Positions 27,476-37,689 of a stretch of 64,000 nt of DNA are shown here, piece after piece (within the stretch, counting starts at the first letter, position 1; each line of letters begins with the position of its first letter). The translations under genes were made by a program, and so were the position numbers. The notes beneath the pieces are model-generated. The model worked only from the letters and a program-made list of their open reading frames with translations. It was not told where the DNA came from and ran no database searches. The DNA lies in the sequence record NC_071015.1; one strand, given 5' to 3'.

Positions 27476-28816
27476 TTATGCTTTATACTTCTCTTGACGT
27501 TTTAAGAACAAGACCAACTTAGTGGTGCGTTTCATATGTGGAGTGATTGAATCGGTAATCGGAACATAATCCGTACGGTATCCCAACAAGACACCTTTTC
27601 GAATCATCATGGTGTCGTCGTCATATAAGTAATGATAACGAAGTGGATGTCCCGGTTCCAAATACCCGGTATCACCGTTACGCCATTCCACTATCACAAT
27701 CTCACCTTCGTTCTTGGCGTTCTCAGATAACGGAACCATTAAGTTTCCGGTTGGGTTTGGATTCAACGGAACCCATTCATCTCCATTACGGCGATCACTC
27801 AGTTTATACTCTTGCAAGGTATCTGCTCGAGTGGTGATTGCACGTCCGTTATTATAATGGTAGCCAGTATCCCCGGCAATGGCATCCCCCATCACAATAC
27901 GCTGGCCCACCCCTTCATTCTGTTTACGAATGTCCGCCTGGTCATTGTGTTCCCCCTCACCAGTAGAGATGATAGTCAACGCGGTTGCTGACATATAGAA
28001 CGTACTGTCCAAGTCAGGAATCTTGTTTTGCGGAACACGGATGAGATCAATAGGCCGAGGATGGGTATCAACCCGGTTGGTATTGTAAAGCGGATATATC
28101 CACCAATAACGCTGTTTGTAAAACGCCCCCAGTCCTTTTGAATACACCCCGTACTCGTTGTGATTCTGAAGGAAGAACGGCACATCAATAAAACGGGTTC
28201 CACTGGGAATCAGAATTTGACGATACTTGTTAGTATTGTCAATAGGCTCGTGCATACTCAGCCCTTTATAGGCATCGTAGCCAGTCAATCTTGCCTGCTG
28301 AGATCCCTCTTCCATAACCGTCATCAAAGTGTCTCGAATGTTGGCCATGGCATGGATGTTGGAATAAGGGAGGTTACGCAGTTTGGCAAATCCCTTATCC
28401 ATCAGCTGAAACTCATACGACACCAGGTTAGTGGTATCCAAGGCATCCAGGTTGTTATTGATATTACTGTTGGACTCTGAGCGAACGTCCTTGTCTGTTT
28501 GTGGAATAGCCACGAACTCCCGCATTACCCGGTCTGATTCAGATTGCGTTATCAACTGGCAGATTAAATCGTCTCGGTACGGTACGATCTGATTAAAATA
28601 CACCCCGGGTTGAAAACGACATTTGATCTGGTACAGTTCTGAGCGACGTCCTGCAAAGTCAGCTTGCTCCATGAACTTCACCACCCCTATGGCTTTATAT
28701 TGTCCTTTCGGGGTGATGAACATGGCTGTCATGGTAACGGTTTCCGCAATCTTGTTTGAAAGCTTAGCGGATAAGCTGGCTTGTTTTAAAAAGGCAGTAA
28801 TCTGGTTACTGATCAC
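27476..28816 (-). CDS. Virion structural protein (phiKZ gp101-like)
   Basis: 446 aa; NHNEYGVYSKGLGAFY / WWIYPLYN motifs; synteny. Confidence 0.5.
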   Translation of the reverse strand: MISNQITAFLKQASLSAKLSNKIAETVTMTAMFITPKGQYKAIGVVKFMEQADFAGRRSELYQIKCRFQPGVYFNQIVPYRDDLICQLITQSESDRVMREFVAIPQTDKDVRSESNSNINNNLDALDTTNLVSYEFQLMDKGFAKLRNLPYSNIHAMANIRDTLMTVMEEGSQQARLTGYDAYKGLSMHEPIDNTNKYRQILIPSGTRFIDVPFFLQNHNEYGVYSKGLGAFYKQRYWWIYPLYNTNRVDTHPRPIDLIRVPQNKIPDLDSTFYMSATALTIISTGEGEHNDQADIRKQNEGVGQRIVMGDAIAGDTGYHYNNGRAITTRADTLQEYKLSDRRNGDEWVPLNPNPTGNLMVPLSENAKNEGEIVIVEWRNGDTGYLEPGHPLRYHYLYDDDTMMIRKGVLLGYRTDYVPITDSITPHMKRTTKLVLFLKRQEKYKA

Positions 28817-29454
28817 ATCCCACCCCCAAAGCCACGCAAGAAGTCCAGAGTGCCACCAGAATGGCTATTGTAGCTACTGGAGTACCCAATGGTGGATTTG
28901 TATTGGTCAAGATGGGAAATGTACGAGATGGGCTCTCCAAAGTCCTTACCGTGCATCATGGTCCCACGCAGCAACGTCACCAGGGTGATTTCCTCACCCG
29001 GATTAAGGTGCATGTCCTTATTGATCCGCTCATGATAATAGTGGGAATATGGCGTAAAGACGAAACGCGCCAAACGTTCAATCAACTCCAGTTCACTGAT
29101 GTCAGGCGTTCTCATGTAACTGAGATTAACTTTAATCTCTATCCAATATTTAATCCATGTTTGAATGGACTCATAAATAACGGGAAGGTCCTGCCGTGGA
29201 TTGCGGAACCCGAGGTGAATGTCGTCCCCCATTATCTCCACCGCCCGCAGCAGGTATTGGATAGTGTAAGGACGTTCCACCGGCTGTTCCAACGTTTCAA
29301 ATCCCGTCAACGGTGGTCGCTCCCTTGCTCGGTCTAATTGTTCCAGGGTCAGAAAAGAGGACGGAGGAATAAAGACCAGAAAGGTTCGTTCTGAAAAGAG
29401 TTTGTACAAACGGATCAGTTCTTTTCGAATATAGGTGTAACGTTCAATGTTCAT
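28813..29454 (-). CDS. Conserved hypothetical protein
   Basis: 213 aa; 4-nt ATGA overlap with the downstream gene. Confidence 0.45.
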   Translation of the reverse strand: MNIERYTYIRKELIRLYKLFSERTFLVFIPPSSFLTLEQLDRARERPPLTGFETLEQPVERPYTIQYLLRAVEIMGDDIHLGFRNPRQDLPVIYESIQTWIKYWIEIKVNLSYMRTPDISELELIERLARFVFTPYSHYYHERINKDMHLNPGEEITLVTLLRGTMMHGKDFGEPISYISHLDQYKSTIGYSSSYNSHSGGTLDFLRGFGGGM

Positions 29455-29462
29455 GAATCGCC

Positions 29463-30764
29463 TTATGTGTAATCGCTGGACGTTCTCAATGCAGTCTTGA
29501 TGGCTGCCAAGTAGATCCCGCCCATGTATAATTTTGATACGTCATCGAGTGACCAATACTTACCTGCTTCATCCAACAGACCTTGTTTGTCCACCACTTT
29601 GTCCCGGAACATCTTCCAGATAAACTGTTGGACTTCGGTCCCACCGCCGGTGTAGAAATCATCCCCGAAGAAATAATTCCACTTGTCCCCTTCAAAGCTG
29701 GGGTACGCCGGCACAGCCGGAATCGGACTCGGAACCAACGCCCCGTTGGTGACATACGGATTGCGCATCGCCCCGTTCTGGTGAACAGTAATGATGCGGT
29801 CCATTTTGGAATAGAACACGTTGCCGTAGAAGCGGGTGTTGATTAACGATGCCCGGTTATGTACCCAGAACTGGTGTTTGTACCGCTCCGGGTGTTTAAA
29901 GTCATTCCGGTAGAACATGTCCCACAGCGTCACAGGTTCTTTCATTTGCCGATTATCAACGTAGTAGTTTACGTTCAGCAAATTGATCTTGTTACGTGGT
30001 GAGATCTCGTTGGCCGGAATCACATAGCTCAAGAACTTTGCCAGGTACGGGTCGTACAATCGATCCCCACTGTCGTTAGGAACAATAATGGTATCCTCAT
30101 CCGAGAAATAACAGTTCGCTAACAGGTCGTCCATGATGGCAAACCTCAACTGGTGCAGTTCCCGATTAAGGTCCCAGTCGTTTTGAGAGAGCACTGCGTT
30201 TCCACCGGCAACGGCATTCTCTTTGCTGTAGTATAACTCTTTAACCACTTTGCTGTTTAAGTTGGCAGCAATGGTTGCGTCAACAATAGCAATGATGGTG
30301 GCTTCAAAGTAATACGCTTTATCAGCATTGATGGTGCGAATCTCAGGCTGTTCCATAACGGTAAACAACCCAGCTCGTCCATCACCGATGTCTTTGATAA
30401 ACACATCCCCTTTGTTGGGGGTGAGATCAAATAACACGTACCCGGTGAACTGCAACGTGCTGCTGCCTTTTTCCGGGTCGAAGTTAAAGTTCCCGTTTCC
30501 GTTATCAATCTTCACAATCAGATTGCGGATGCGGGTATACGACTGGTAGGTCTCAATGCTTTCCGGTTCGAGATCGTGTTGCTCTTCATCCGCCCCGTAG
30601 TATCCCCGGTACCATTCCACCAAGGTGGGGGTTCCTGGAACAAACGAAAGTAAACTGGTATGAGGAACGTAACGAGACTCGACGAGAGGATGTCGATACT
30701 CTTTAGGAAGCGCAACCGGTTCCGGAACCGGAGCCTTGACCGTACCGATAGTAGTCTGTGCCAT
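29463..30764 (-). CDS. Virion structural protein (phiKZ gp99-like)
   Basis: 433 aa; PNKGDVFIKDIGDGRAGLF and LYDPYL motifs; synteny. Confidence 0.5.
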   Translation of the reverse strand: MAQTTIGTVKAPVPEPVALPKEYRHPLVESRYVPHTSLLSFVPGTPTLVEWYRGYYGADEEQHDLEPESIETYQSYTRIRNLIVKIDNGNGNFNFDPEKGSSTLQFTGYVLFDLTPNKGDVFIKDIGDGRAGLFTVMEQPEIRTINADKAYYFEATIIAIVDATIAANLNSKVVKELYYSKENAVAGGNAVLSQNDWDLNRELHQLRFAIMDDLLANCYFSDEDTIIVPNDSGDRLYDPYLAKFLSYVIPANEISPRNKINLLNVNYYVDNRQMKEPVTLWDMFYRNDFKHPERYKHQFWVHNRASLINTRFYGNVFYSKMDRIITVHQNGAMRNPYVTNGALVPSPIPAVPAYPSFEGDKWNYFFGDDFYTGGGTEVQQFIWKMFRDKVVDKQGLLDEAGKYWSLDDVSKLYMGGIYLAAIKTALRTSSDYT

Positions 30765-32322
30765 CGATTACACCTTTATCTTTAAGTGACTTATACTGCT
30801 GATAATCCGCGGCGTTATGCGCGATGATCAAATGCCCTAACATGCCGTACGGGAACCACGGATGAATCTCATCCCCATCCCCCACTTCAATGCCATTATG
30901 AACATCCACCCAATCCGAAATTCCACCTTCACCCCAGTTATCCGGTAACGGATAGTTCGGGAACAGAATCCCAATAATCCAACGACCGTAATCTGAATCA
31001 AAGAGGAAATCCTCAATACAGTCTTCAGCATACAAACGCAACGCGTAATCAAACGAGAAGACTATCCGATAGATGTTCTCCATACGAGGAGGACGCAGCA
31101 GAACCAGATCTCCATTGTCCCGTAACTCGAGCTGACTTTCTAATACCTCAACGTCATTGGAATAGACTTTGAAGTTCATCGGGTTATGGTGACGCCGGGT
31201 AACTTTGGTTCGGTACTTCATGATGTAGTGAATGACCGTCGGATTCCAGGTGAACCCCTGAATGTCGAGAATATTCAACAAGACCTGCTCTTGAACATCT
31301 TCCACATTGATCATCACTTGAAGTTGCGGACTAATCCAGTACTGCGGCGTAGGACGCCAGTTATCAATGTTGGGTAGGATATGGTAGAACGGTGCTTTGT
31401 TCTTATCTTTATTAAACACCAACTCAGATACCTGGGCTTCAAAGAAGCGACGCAGTGGATAGTCTTCCAGATTTTGCTCAAACACTTCGGGCAAGTATTC
31501 CGGCGGTAACGGCTGTTGGAACACTTGGATAGGATACTTCATGATCCACTCAACGTGCTCAGACCAGAAGAACCAATAACTGAAGCTGACCTCATATTTC
31601 CCAATGAACGCACCTTTAGTAACCTTTGCCAGATTAGGGTTGTCCATATTGACCCCAATCTCTTCGATACGCTGTTTGAACACGTACACCGGGTTATTGA
31701 AGGCTGCGTTACGCAAGATCGCCCCAGGGCTGACGGAGTTATCGTACATCCAGTCAATGAAGTCTTTATCCGCGGCTACTTTACCTGCATTAACTAATCG
31801 ATCAAAGATCTCTTTAAAGAACGCCAGTTGTTGCATGGAAATAGGGTAATGAGTTTCCACGGCAAATTCGGTGTTCTGATTCTGACCTAAGGTTTTAGAG
31901 CGGATATTGGTGTAATACCGTTCCGCAGTAACCCGGTCTTTAAAATACGCATTGACAGTAATGTCAAAACGTCGAGTACTGAACTTGGGTGTCAGTTTGG
32001 TCCCGGTATAGATTTCACTCCAGACAGAAGGCACGACATCGTCATTGCTGTTACCGTCAAGCTCATCGTTATACCCAGCCAAACTCTTTTCCATTTCTAC
32101 AAAGAGTTTATTGTCATAGCCCACATCGGTTGCAAGATCACTCCCACGACGACCAGACAAATCTCCCCCTAATAACTTAGAGACTTCCGCTTCATTGTTA
32201 AAAAAGATTTTCTGGTTTACATCGATATCAAAATAATCCAGCATCTTTCTTAATGAAGCCAATACAGCAGGACGGGTTCCTATTCTGTATGTCTCAAAAG
32301 AGGGAATCATTACTTTAAGCAT
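30703..32322 (-). CDS. Virion structural protein (phiKZ gp98-like)
   Basis: 539 aa; synteny; own promoter-like TGTTATG upstream. Confidence 0.5.
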   Translation of the reverse strand: MLKVMIPSFETYRIGTRPAVLASLRKMLDYFDIDVNQKIFFNNEAEVSKLLGGDLSGRRGSDLATDVGYDNKLFVEMEKSLAGYNDELDGNSNDDVVPSVWSEIYTGTKLTPKFSTRRFDITVNAYFKDRVTAERYYTNIRSKTLGQNQNTEFAVETHYPISMQQLAFFKEIFDRLVNAGKVAADKDFIDWMYDNSVSPGAILRNAAFNNPVYVFKQRIEEIGVNMDNPNLAKVTKGAFIGKYEVSFSYWFFWSEHVEWIMKYPIQVFQQPLPPEYLPEVFEQNLEDYPLRRFFEAQVSELVFNKDKNKAPFYHILPNIDNWRPTPQYWISPQLQVMINVEDVQEQVLLNILDIQGFTWNPTVIHYIMKYRTKVTRRHHNPMNFKVYSNDVEVLESQLELRDNGDLVLLRPPRMENIYRIVFSFDYALRLYAEDCIEDFLFDSDYGRWIIGILFPNYPLPDNWGEGGISDWVDVHNGIEVGDGDEIHPWFPYGMLGHLIIAHNAADYQQYKSLKDKGVIDGTDYYRYGQGSGSGTGCAS

Positions 32323-32358
32323 TTTCCATTCCTCTTCAGAACAATCATAACATCAAAC

Positions 32359-32386
32359 CCTCTTACCCCACTTACAGGGTAAGAGG
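32359..32386 (-). terminator. Terminator hairpin
   Basis: CCTCTTACCC-8nt-GGGTAAGAGG, followed on the minus strand by TTTGATGTTATG. Confidence 0.65.
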
Positions 32387-32410
32387 AGTTGGTATTAAAT
32401 CAGTTTCGTA

Positions 32411-33295
32411 CTATTCAATCTCTAACTCCATATCTTCATCAAGGTTTAATTCACCTTCGGTAGAGGAATGAGGAAGTTCGCTCTGCTCACCTGTATTTAA
32501 ATTCCCCCTATCCCCAACTGGTAACTCTTTCGAGTCATCAGTCTTAACATCAGAATTACCGTTTTTAATTATCGGTAAATCATGAGGTTCAGATTTAAAA
32601 CGTAATTGATACAAATCACGATCCGAAGTGAGTAACAGAGCAATGTCTGAAATTCCATCAGTAAACACATCTACAACGATTGCGTTGTTTAAGGTTTGAC
32701 GGAATGTGTCAGCGGCACCTTCTACAATCTCTTCATCTAAGTTTGCCGTGATCTTATCGATTAAGGCATTACTTAAATGGTTCTCGATAAAGAGAGGAGG
32801 ATCGGTTTGGAAAAGCTTACCGACCAGATAGTTACGGAACTTAAGGTGGTACATGGCAACCTGCACATCTTCCCCAGAAAGGTCGTTGTGGGTTTGTCCG
32901 TTTTTCCCACACAGTTCACACTGCATTACGAAACAACGGATGTATCCGGTGTACCCATAACTGTTACGACTAATAGGTAACTCAACGAACTGAGGGAGAT
33001 GACCGACCTCGACGAGTGCAGAATCGTAGAAGTCCACATTGCGTTGCAAGCCTAAACCGTACAGATCACTGATGATCTCATACAGGTCATTATACGTTTT
33101 ACCGGCCTCTAAGGCGATTGTAGGCATTTTGAAGAAATAGGTAGATAAGTTTACCTTCTCCATGATAAAAACGTTCTTGACGCCATTCAGGCTTGTTTCA
33201 ATGGATGTCTGATTATTATCCGTACTGTACATACGAACAAAAGTATGCCCGGCAGGTAAACGAGCTATTATGTCATCCTTAAATGAATAACTCAT
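32411..33295 (-). CDS. Hypothetical virion-associated protein
   Basis: 294 aa; N-terminal domain ending SYGYTGYI; acidic tail. Confidence 0.45.
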   Translation of the reverse strand: MSYSFKDDIIARLPAGHTFVRMYSTDNNQTSIETSLNGVKNVFIMEKVNLSTYFFKMPTIALEAGKTYNDLYEIISDLYGLGLQRNVDFYDSALVEVGHLPQFVELPISRNSYGYTGYIRCFVMQCELCGKNGQTHNDLSGEDVQVAMYHLKFRNYLVGKLFQTDPPLFIENHLSNALIDKITANLDEEIVEGAADTFRQTLNNAIVVDVFTDGISDIALLLTSDRDLYQLRFKSEPHDLPIIKNGNSDVKTDDSKELPVGDRGNLNTGEQSELPHSSTEGELNLDEDMELEIE

Positions 33296-33297
33296 GG

Positions 33298-34137
33298 TTA
33301 CCCCTTAAACTCAGACTTGGCAGGCTGCTCTTTAATTGATTTACTTTGTTTTGCCAGAGAGTTATACACCGTGACCAGTTTGTTGCGGACCCCGCCAATG
33401 ATGCGTGCCTTTTTGGTTTCATCTTTGGCTTTAGCGATTGCTTCCTGGTTCTCTTGTTTAATCCCAGCTTTAACTTCACCCGTGTCTTCCTCTTTGGGAA
33501 CTTTCGGGTTACGAAGATCGTTGGCAGCACTGTTGGCTTCACTCAAGGATTTGCGCAGGCTTTGTGACACTGCCTGAACACCCGAGTCAGCGGCTTTGCG
33601 AACTTCGGCATACACCGCGCGCAGCTTAGCTACCGTGTCACAGTCTTTGACTTTATCGACCGCTGATTTGACTTTATCCAGCGCACTGCCAAGTTCACCG
33701 TTTTCTTCTTTCACTTCATTAAACTCGGTACCACCTTCCAACGCTTTCATCAAAGCTTCCGGATCACGAGCAGGGGAGTCTTCTGGGATTGGTGTGTTCC
33801 CGTCTACCTTCCCTAATGCATCCAACGCCTCTTCTGCGTTCTCTGCGGCCGCTTCTGCGGCTTTCTGCCCTTCACCAAAGAAATACTCATTGATACGCTT
33901 AAGCATGGCGGTGATGCTGTTGTAAAGCGTTGCGGCGGCTTTCTTGATACCGTCGGTAAATTTGTTTTCGGTACCGGCAAATTGGCTGGCATCAAAATGT
34001 AAGCAGTAATAAGATTCGTTACCGCTCATGGCTTCAAACTGTTCTTTTGAACCGTTCAGAAGAGAGGCGTACCCATCGTACATCCAATCAAGATGTTCGA
34101 ACTCTTCATTCAGTTTCGCGTCGTTCGGGATCACCAT
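33298..34137 (-). CDS. Internal head protein
   Basis: Start moved to ATG 34137 (GGAG RBS); SGNE|S site; FTDGIKKAAATLYNSITAMLKRINEYFFG amphipathic helix; Ala/Lys/Glu-rich helical body. Confidence 0.6.
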   Translation of the reverse strand: MVIPNDAKLNEEFEHLDWMYDGYASLLNGSKEQFEAMSGNESYYCLHFDASQFAGTENKFTDGIKKAAATLYNSITAMLKRINEYFFGEGQKAAEAAAENAEEALDALGKVDGNTPIPEDSPARDPEALMKALEGGTEFNEVKEENGELGSALDKVKSAVDKVKDCDTVAKLRAVYAEVRKAADSGVQAVSQSLRKSLSEANSAANDLRNPKVPKEEDTGEVKAGIKQENQEAIAKAKDETKKARIIGGVRNKLVTVYNSLAKQSKSIKEQPAKSEFKG

Positions 34138-34714
34138 TTTCGGCTCCGTAATAATCATTAAAGAAGGCGAACGTACGGTCCACCAATTCAACCATATTGA
34201 TCAACAGCAGAATCTGTTCTAAAGACTTATCATCGGCACGTTCTGCCCAATACTGAAGAGACCGTAAAGATGATGAAGTAATCTGAATCAGATCGCCCAC
34301 TCGAGAACGAGAGGATCCCCAGAACTGTCCTTGTTCAACGTTTTCTTTATGCAGTTGAATGGTCGGACCCATGACCGGGAAATCATTGATGACACGCTCG
34401 ATGGCTTCGGGACCTTTAACGGTTGCCAGTGCATCGGCAGTTGTCCCTTGTACCAACTCCATTCCTTGCAATTGTGACAGTGGCTGAATAAAGACCGACA
34501 TGTCAAAAGCAACCGAAATGTTGCGGATCATCACATAAGGAATGGTGAAGTCCTGCTCGATCTGATCGATAAGACGAGTGATGGATTCAATCGTGCTGTC
34601 AACGGTAACTTCCCGTTGCCCTTCCCCTGTCTTTATCTGGCCATTCAAACGCAGCGTCTGAAGGACGACCATCAGCTGTTTTAACAGCAGGTAGTTATCG
34701 GCATTGGCAATCAT
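34106..34714 (-). CDS. Hypothetical protein (head module)
   Basis: 202 aa, translationally coupled to neighbours. Confidence 0.45.
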   Translation of the reverse strand: MIANADNYLLLKQLMVVLQTLRLNGQIKTGEGQREVTVDSTIESITRLIDQIEQDFTIPYVMIRNISVAFDMSVFIQPLSQLQGMELVQGTTADALATVKGPEAIERVINDFPVMGPTIQLHKENVEQGQFWGSSRSRVGDLIQITSSSLRSLQYWAERADDKSLEQILLLINMVELVDRTFAFFNDYYGAENGDPERRETE

Positions 34715-35229
34715 ACTAAAACCTCAAGATACCCGGTGAAGAGAGCATGGGTAGAAACCACCGCAATTCCCATCTTCCCATCATACTCGTTTAAGGTCAC
34801 ATCCCCAATCCCTAGCTCGTAAAACCCAAATACCCGACAGAAGAGGATAAACTTCTTAACCAGCGCCTCATCAAACATGGTGGCTGAATTTAAGAGGTTC
34901 GCTTCTTGTAACGCAATAACCGTTGCATGACGTTGATTCAACGCGTCTACATCAGTCGATGCTAAAACGGGTGCGTTCTTAACAAACGTGGTCATGAACG
35001 GACGTAAGTCAAGCGTTTTAGGAAACAGATCCTCAATACGGATCTTATTCATTATCACACCGGTTTTGGTACTGGGGTTTTGTAAAAGGACTTTTCCATC
35101 AATGGTGGTCCTTTCGAAACTGAGGTCGGTCAAGGGGACATCCACGTCTGTTTTATTGACTTGGTTAAACAAGCTGATAGCCAATTTCTTTAACCGTGTC
35201 TCACTAACGTTTACAATGTCTATACTCAT
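34711..35229 (-). CDS. Hypothetical protein
   Basis: 172 aa, 4-nt overlaps on both sides. Confidence 0.45.
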   Translation of the reverse strand: MSIDIVNVSETRLKKLAISLFNQVNKTDVDVPLTDLSFERTTIDGKVLLQNPSTKTGVIMNKIRIEDLFPKTLDLRPFMTTFVKNAPVLASTDVDALNQRHATVIALQEANLLNSATMFDEALVKKFILFCRVFGFYELGIGDVTLNEYDGKMGIAVVSTHALFTGYLEVLV

Positions 35230-36302
35230 TTACGAATTCCCGCATGGACAAAATCCAACGCCGTATCTAACGAGTTCAGCGTATACTGGATCGTTGTGGT
35301 CATGAGTTTCTTGTTAAACCGCACTAACCAGTTGAGGTATTCCCGTTGCTTAGCATCCAGCTTCACATTGGGGTTATTCTCAAATGCCTTTACCGTCTTT
35401 TCAAATGTCCGATAAAGCTGAGAAACCGTACTCTGGTTGGAACGAATATTTTTAACGATGGTTTTAACTTGCTTTAGGGTTTCATCAACCATAAAGCTTG
35501 ACGGAAGAAACGTCGGGCTTGCCAGTTTAGTATCCGTCGTGGATGCCTGGAAATACAACTTGATCTGATCCGTATTGCCGTCATTAATTTGCTCGACAAT
35601 AAAGCGGCGATTGCCTGGCAGAATTTCTGTCTGGTAGTTACCACTTTCCGGTTTCATCTTCAAGTTACTGGCGACACTTCTTAAGCTGTCTTTAATCGCA
35701 TCTTCAAGATTGAAGGACGACTGAGTGACCGCTTCAATGTCTTTGGTCAACCCTTTATACGTTTTGATGGTATCAGAGTAAAACGCATCCACGTCTTTGA
35801 GGACCGTCGCTACCCAGTTAGGGTCAACGGACATCTTTAACGGCGAAAGCAGTCGACGAATACCAGCAGGGTAGTTTACCTCAACCGTTACGATACCATC
35901 ACGTTTACGGTGAAGAGAGGTGCGGTATTCACGGTTGTCTATCCGGCTAATGCGGTTGTTGATTAAGTTCAATAACCAATCCACGGCATCTTTGGCAAAC
36001 TGGATCAAAGCGTCGATAAACCGCTTCACCTTTCCTGCTGCTTCCATACCGTCTACACATGCGTCTGTGGGGATATCGTCAAAGCCCGGTACCGAAACCT
36101 TACCGTATGAAGTAAATCGCTGTATAACGCTTTCTAAGCCGTCCACAGTTTCTTTATCTTCTTCTTTGACCTTATCCTTATCCACTTCAACTTTTTCATT
36201 CAGGAAGAAGTTCATTCTCTCCTGATAAGGTTCCATTCGTTCACCGTAAATATAATCGGTGGACTCTTTAGGTTCCTTAGGATTTGGAATTAATTTGGTC
36301 AT
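35226..36302 (-). CDS. Internal head protein (phiKZ_IP-like)
   Basis: DGLE|S and DGME|A sites, then KVKRFIDALIQFAKDAVDWLLN helix. Confidence 0.6.
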   Translation of the reverse strand: MTKLIPNPKEPKESTDYIYGERMEPYQERMNFFLNEKVEVDKDKVKEEDKETVDGLESVIQRFTSYGKVSVPGFDDIPTDACVDGMEAAGKVKRFIDALIQFAKDAVDWLLNLINNRISRIDNREYRTSLHRKRDGIVTVEVNYPAGIRRLLSPLKMSVDPNWVATVLKDVDAFYSDTIKTYKGLTKDIEAVTQSSFNLEDAIKDSLRSVASNLKMKPESGNYQTEILPGNRRFIVEQINDGNTDQIKLYFQASTTDTKLASPTFLPSSFMVDETLKQVKTIVKNIRSNQSTVSQLYRTFEKTVKAFENNPNVKLDAKQREYLNWLVRFNKKLMTTTIQYTLNSLDTALDFVHAGIRK

Positions 36303-36349
36303 ACTAAGCTCCTAAGTGAGATCATAGCATTCCGATAAAACGACACAAA

Positions 36350-36379
36350 AGGAACAAGGGACCGAAGCCCCTTGTTCCT
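36350..36379 (-). terminator. Terminator with cUUCGg tetraloop
   Basis: Minus strand AGGAACAAGGGGC-TTCG-GTCCCTTGTTCC-TTTTG. Confidence 0.8.
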
Positions 36380-36403
36380 AAAGTAGTTTTCGATCAAAAA
36401 GAA

Positions 36404-37651
36404 TTAATCTTTTTTCTCTTCTTCTTTCTTCTCGTCTTTCTTCTCAGCTGCTTTGCCGCCCACGTGAGCTTTAACAAAGTCCAGCTGCGCATCGAGAATC
36501 GCAGTACCCAGTTTCACAGCGCCGGCACCCAGTTTCAGGCCCGCAGTGTGAGCTGCTTTGATCGCACCAGCGCCAGCTTTACGGTCTTTCTTATCCGCAT
36601 CAGCGATGTCAGCCAGTTTGGTCATCATGCCGATCGCCTGGTCGCGCTGACGGGTCAGAGCAGTTTTGTCCAGTTTCGCGTTCTGCAGAGTACGAGAACC
36701 GTTGATCACGTTGGTCAGGATAGAGACCAGATCAGTTTTGGATGCAGTAGATGCAGCCGGAGTGCCTTCCAGAGAGAAGCTCACTTTAACTGAACCCAGG
36801 CCAGCATCTTTGGTCGGAGAAACGACTTTAACGGTAGCGCCCTGGCCAACTTTGATTGCCAGCGTTTCGGTGCTGTCAGATTTGCCTTCCACTGATTTGG
36901 TACCAGCTTTGGCGAAATCGTCAGCAACTTCAGCGATCGCGCTAGCAGCAGAGTTTTCAGCACCAGAACCCAGTTTGTTCACTGCACCGTAAACGGAACC
37001 GCAAGCTTTAGCCAGCGCGTCAACCGCTTTAGAGGTACCGTTGGTTTCCAGCAGGCCCGCAGATTTAGGCGGAGTCACACCAGACTTCACTTCACCACCG
37101 GACAGAACAGAGGATTTGATAACCTGTGCTTTCTGACCCAGGCCTTTCAGCTTGTTGAACATGCCACTGAACATGTTGATGAAGCTGTTGTACAGATCAA
37201 CGAAGAACTTCTTGATTGCGCCGATGGCTTTGCCAGCGGTTTCTTTGAAGCTTTCGATGCCTGCGTACGCGTTCAGGTTTGCAGTGGAAACGTCGGCATA
37301 AGACTCAACGCCGCTCACTTCAACCGGTGCGCCGAATTTGGCAACGATCTTAGCACCCTGTTTGAACTGGTGTGCGAACAGACCGGCGTTGAACGGAGTG
37401 TCGCCGCGCAGCATGGATTCGGTGCCTTCGATCACTTCTTCCAGCTCTTCAACTTTCTCTTCCAGAGCTTCGATCGCAGTTTCCTGCTGAGCGATGTCTT
37501 TCTCTACTTCAGCGATGTCGGCTTCAGCAGTTTTGATTTCTGCTTCAACCACAGCTTCTGCTGCTTCTTCCGCAGTTGCAACTACAGCCGGCATATCCAG
37601 TTCAGCGCTTTCCTGACCAGCAACAGAGCTAAAAATATTTGCAAGAGACAT
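36404..37651 (-). CDS. Abundant internal head protein (phiKZ gp93/95-like, phiKZ_IP family)
   Basis: 415 aa; acidic coiled-coil propeptide, AGQE, SGVE, AGIE|SF sites; extreme codon bias. Confidence 0.75.
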   Translation of the reverse strand: MSLANIFSSVAGQESAELDMPAVVATAEEAAEAVVEAEIKTAEADIAEVEKDIAQQETAIEALEEKVEELEEVIEGTESMLRGDTPFNAGLFAHQFKQGAKIVAKFGAPVEVSGVESYADVSTANLNAYAGIESFKETAGKAIGAIKKFFVDLYNSFINMFSGMFNKLKGLGQKAQVIKSSVLSGGEVKSGVTPPKSAGLLETNGTSKAVDALAKACGSVYGAVNKLGSGAENSAASAIAEVADDFAKAGTKSVEGKSDSTETLAIKVGQGATVKVVSPTKDAGLGSVKVSFSLEGTPAASTASKTDLVSILTNVINGSRTLQNAKLDKTALTRQRDQAIGMMTKLADIADADKKDRKAGAGAIKAAHTAGLKLGAGAVKLGTAILDAQLDFVKAHVGGKAAEKKDEKKEEEKKD

Positions 37652-37689
37652 ATTAAAATACCTTTTTCTATAGAAAGAGTTAAAACGAT

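Noticed and set aside
30703-30764. Long overlaps at 30703-30764, 34106-34137 and 63758-63828 as further frameshift sites
   Set aside because: Downstream genes have their own ATG (RBS clear at least for 34137) and no slippery heptamer was evident.
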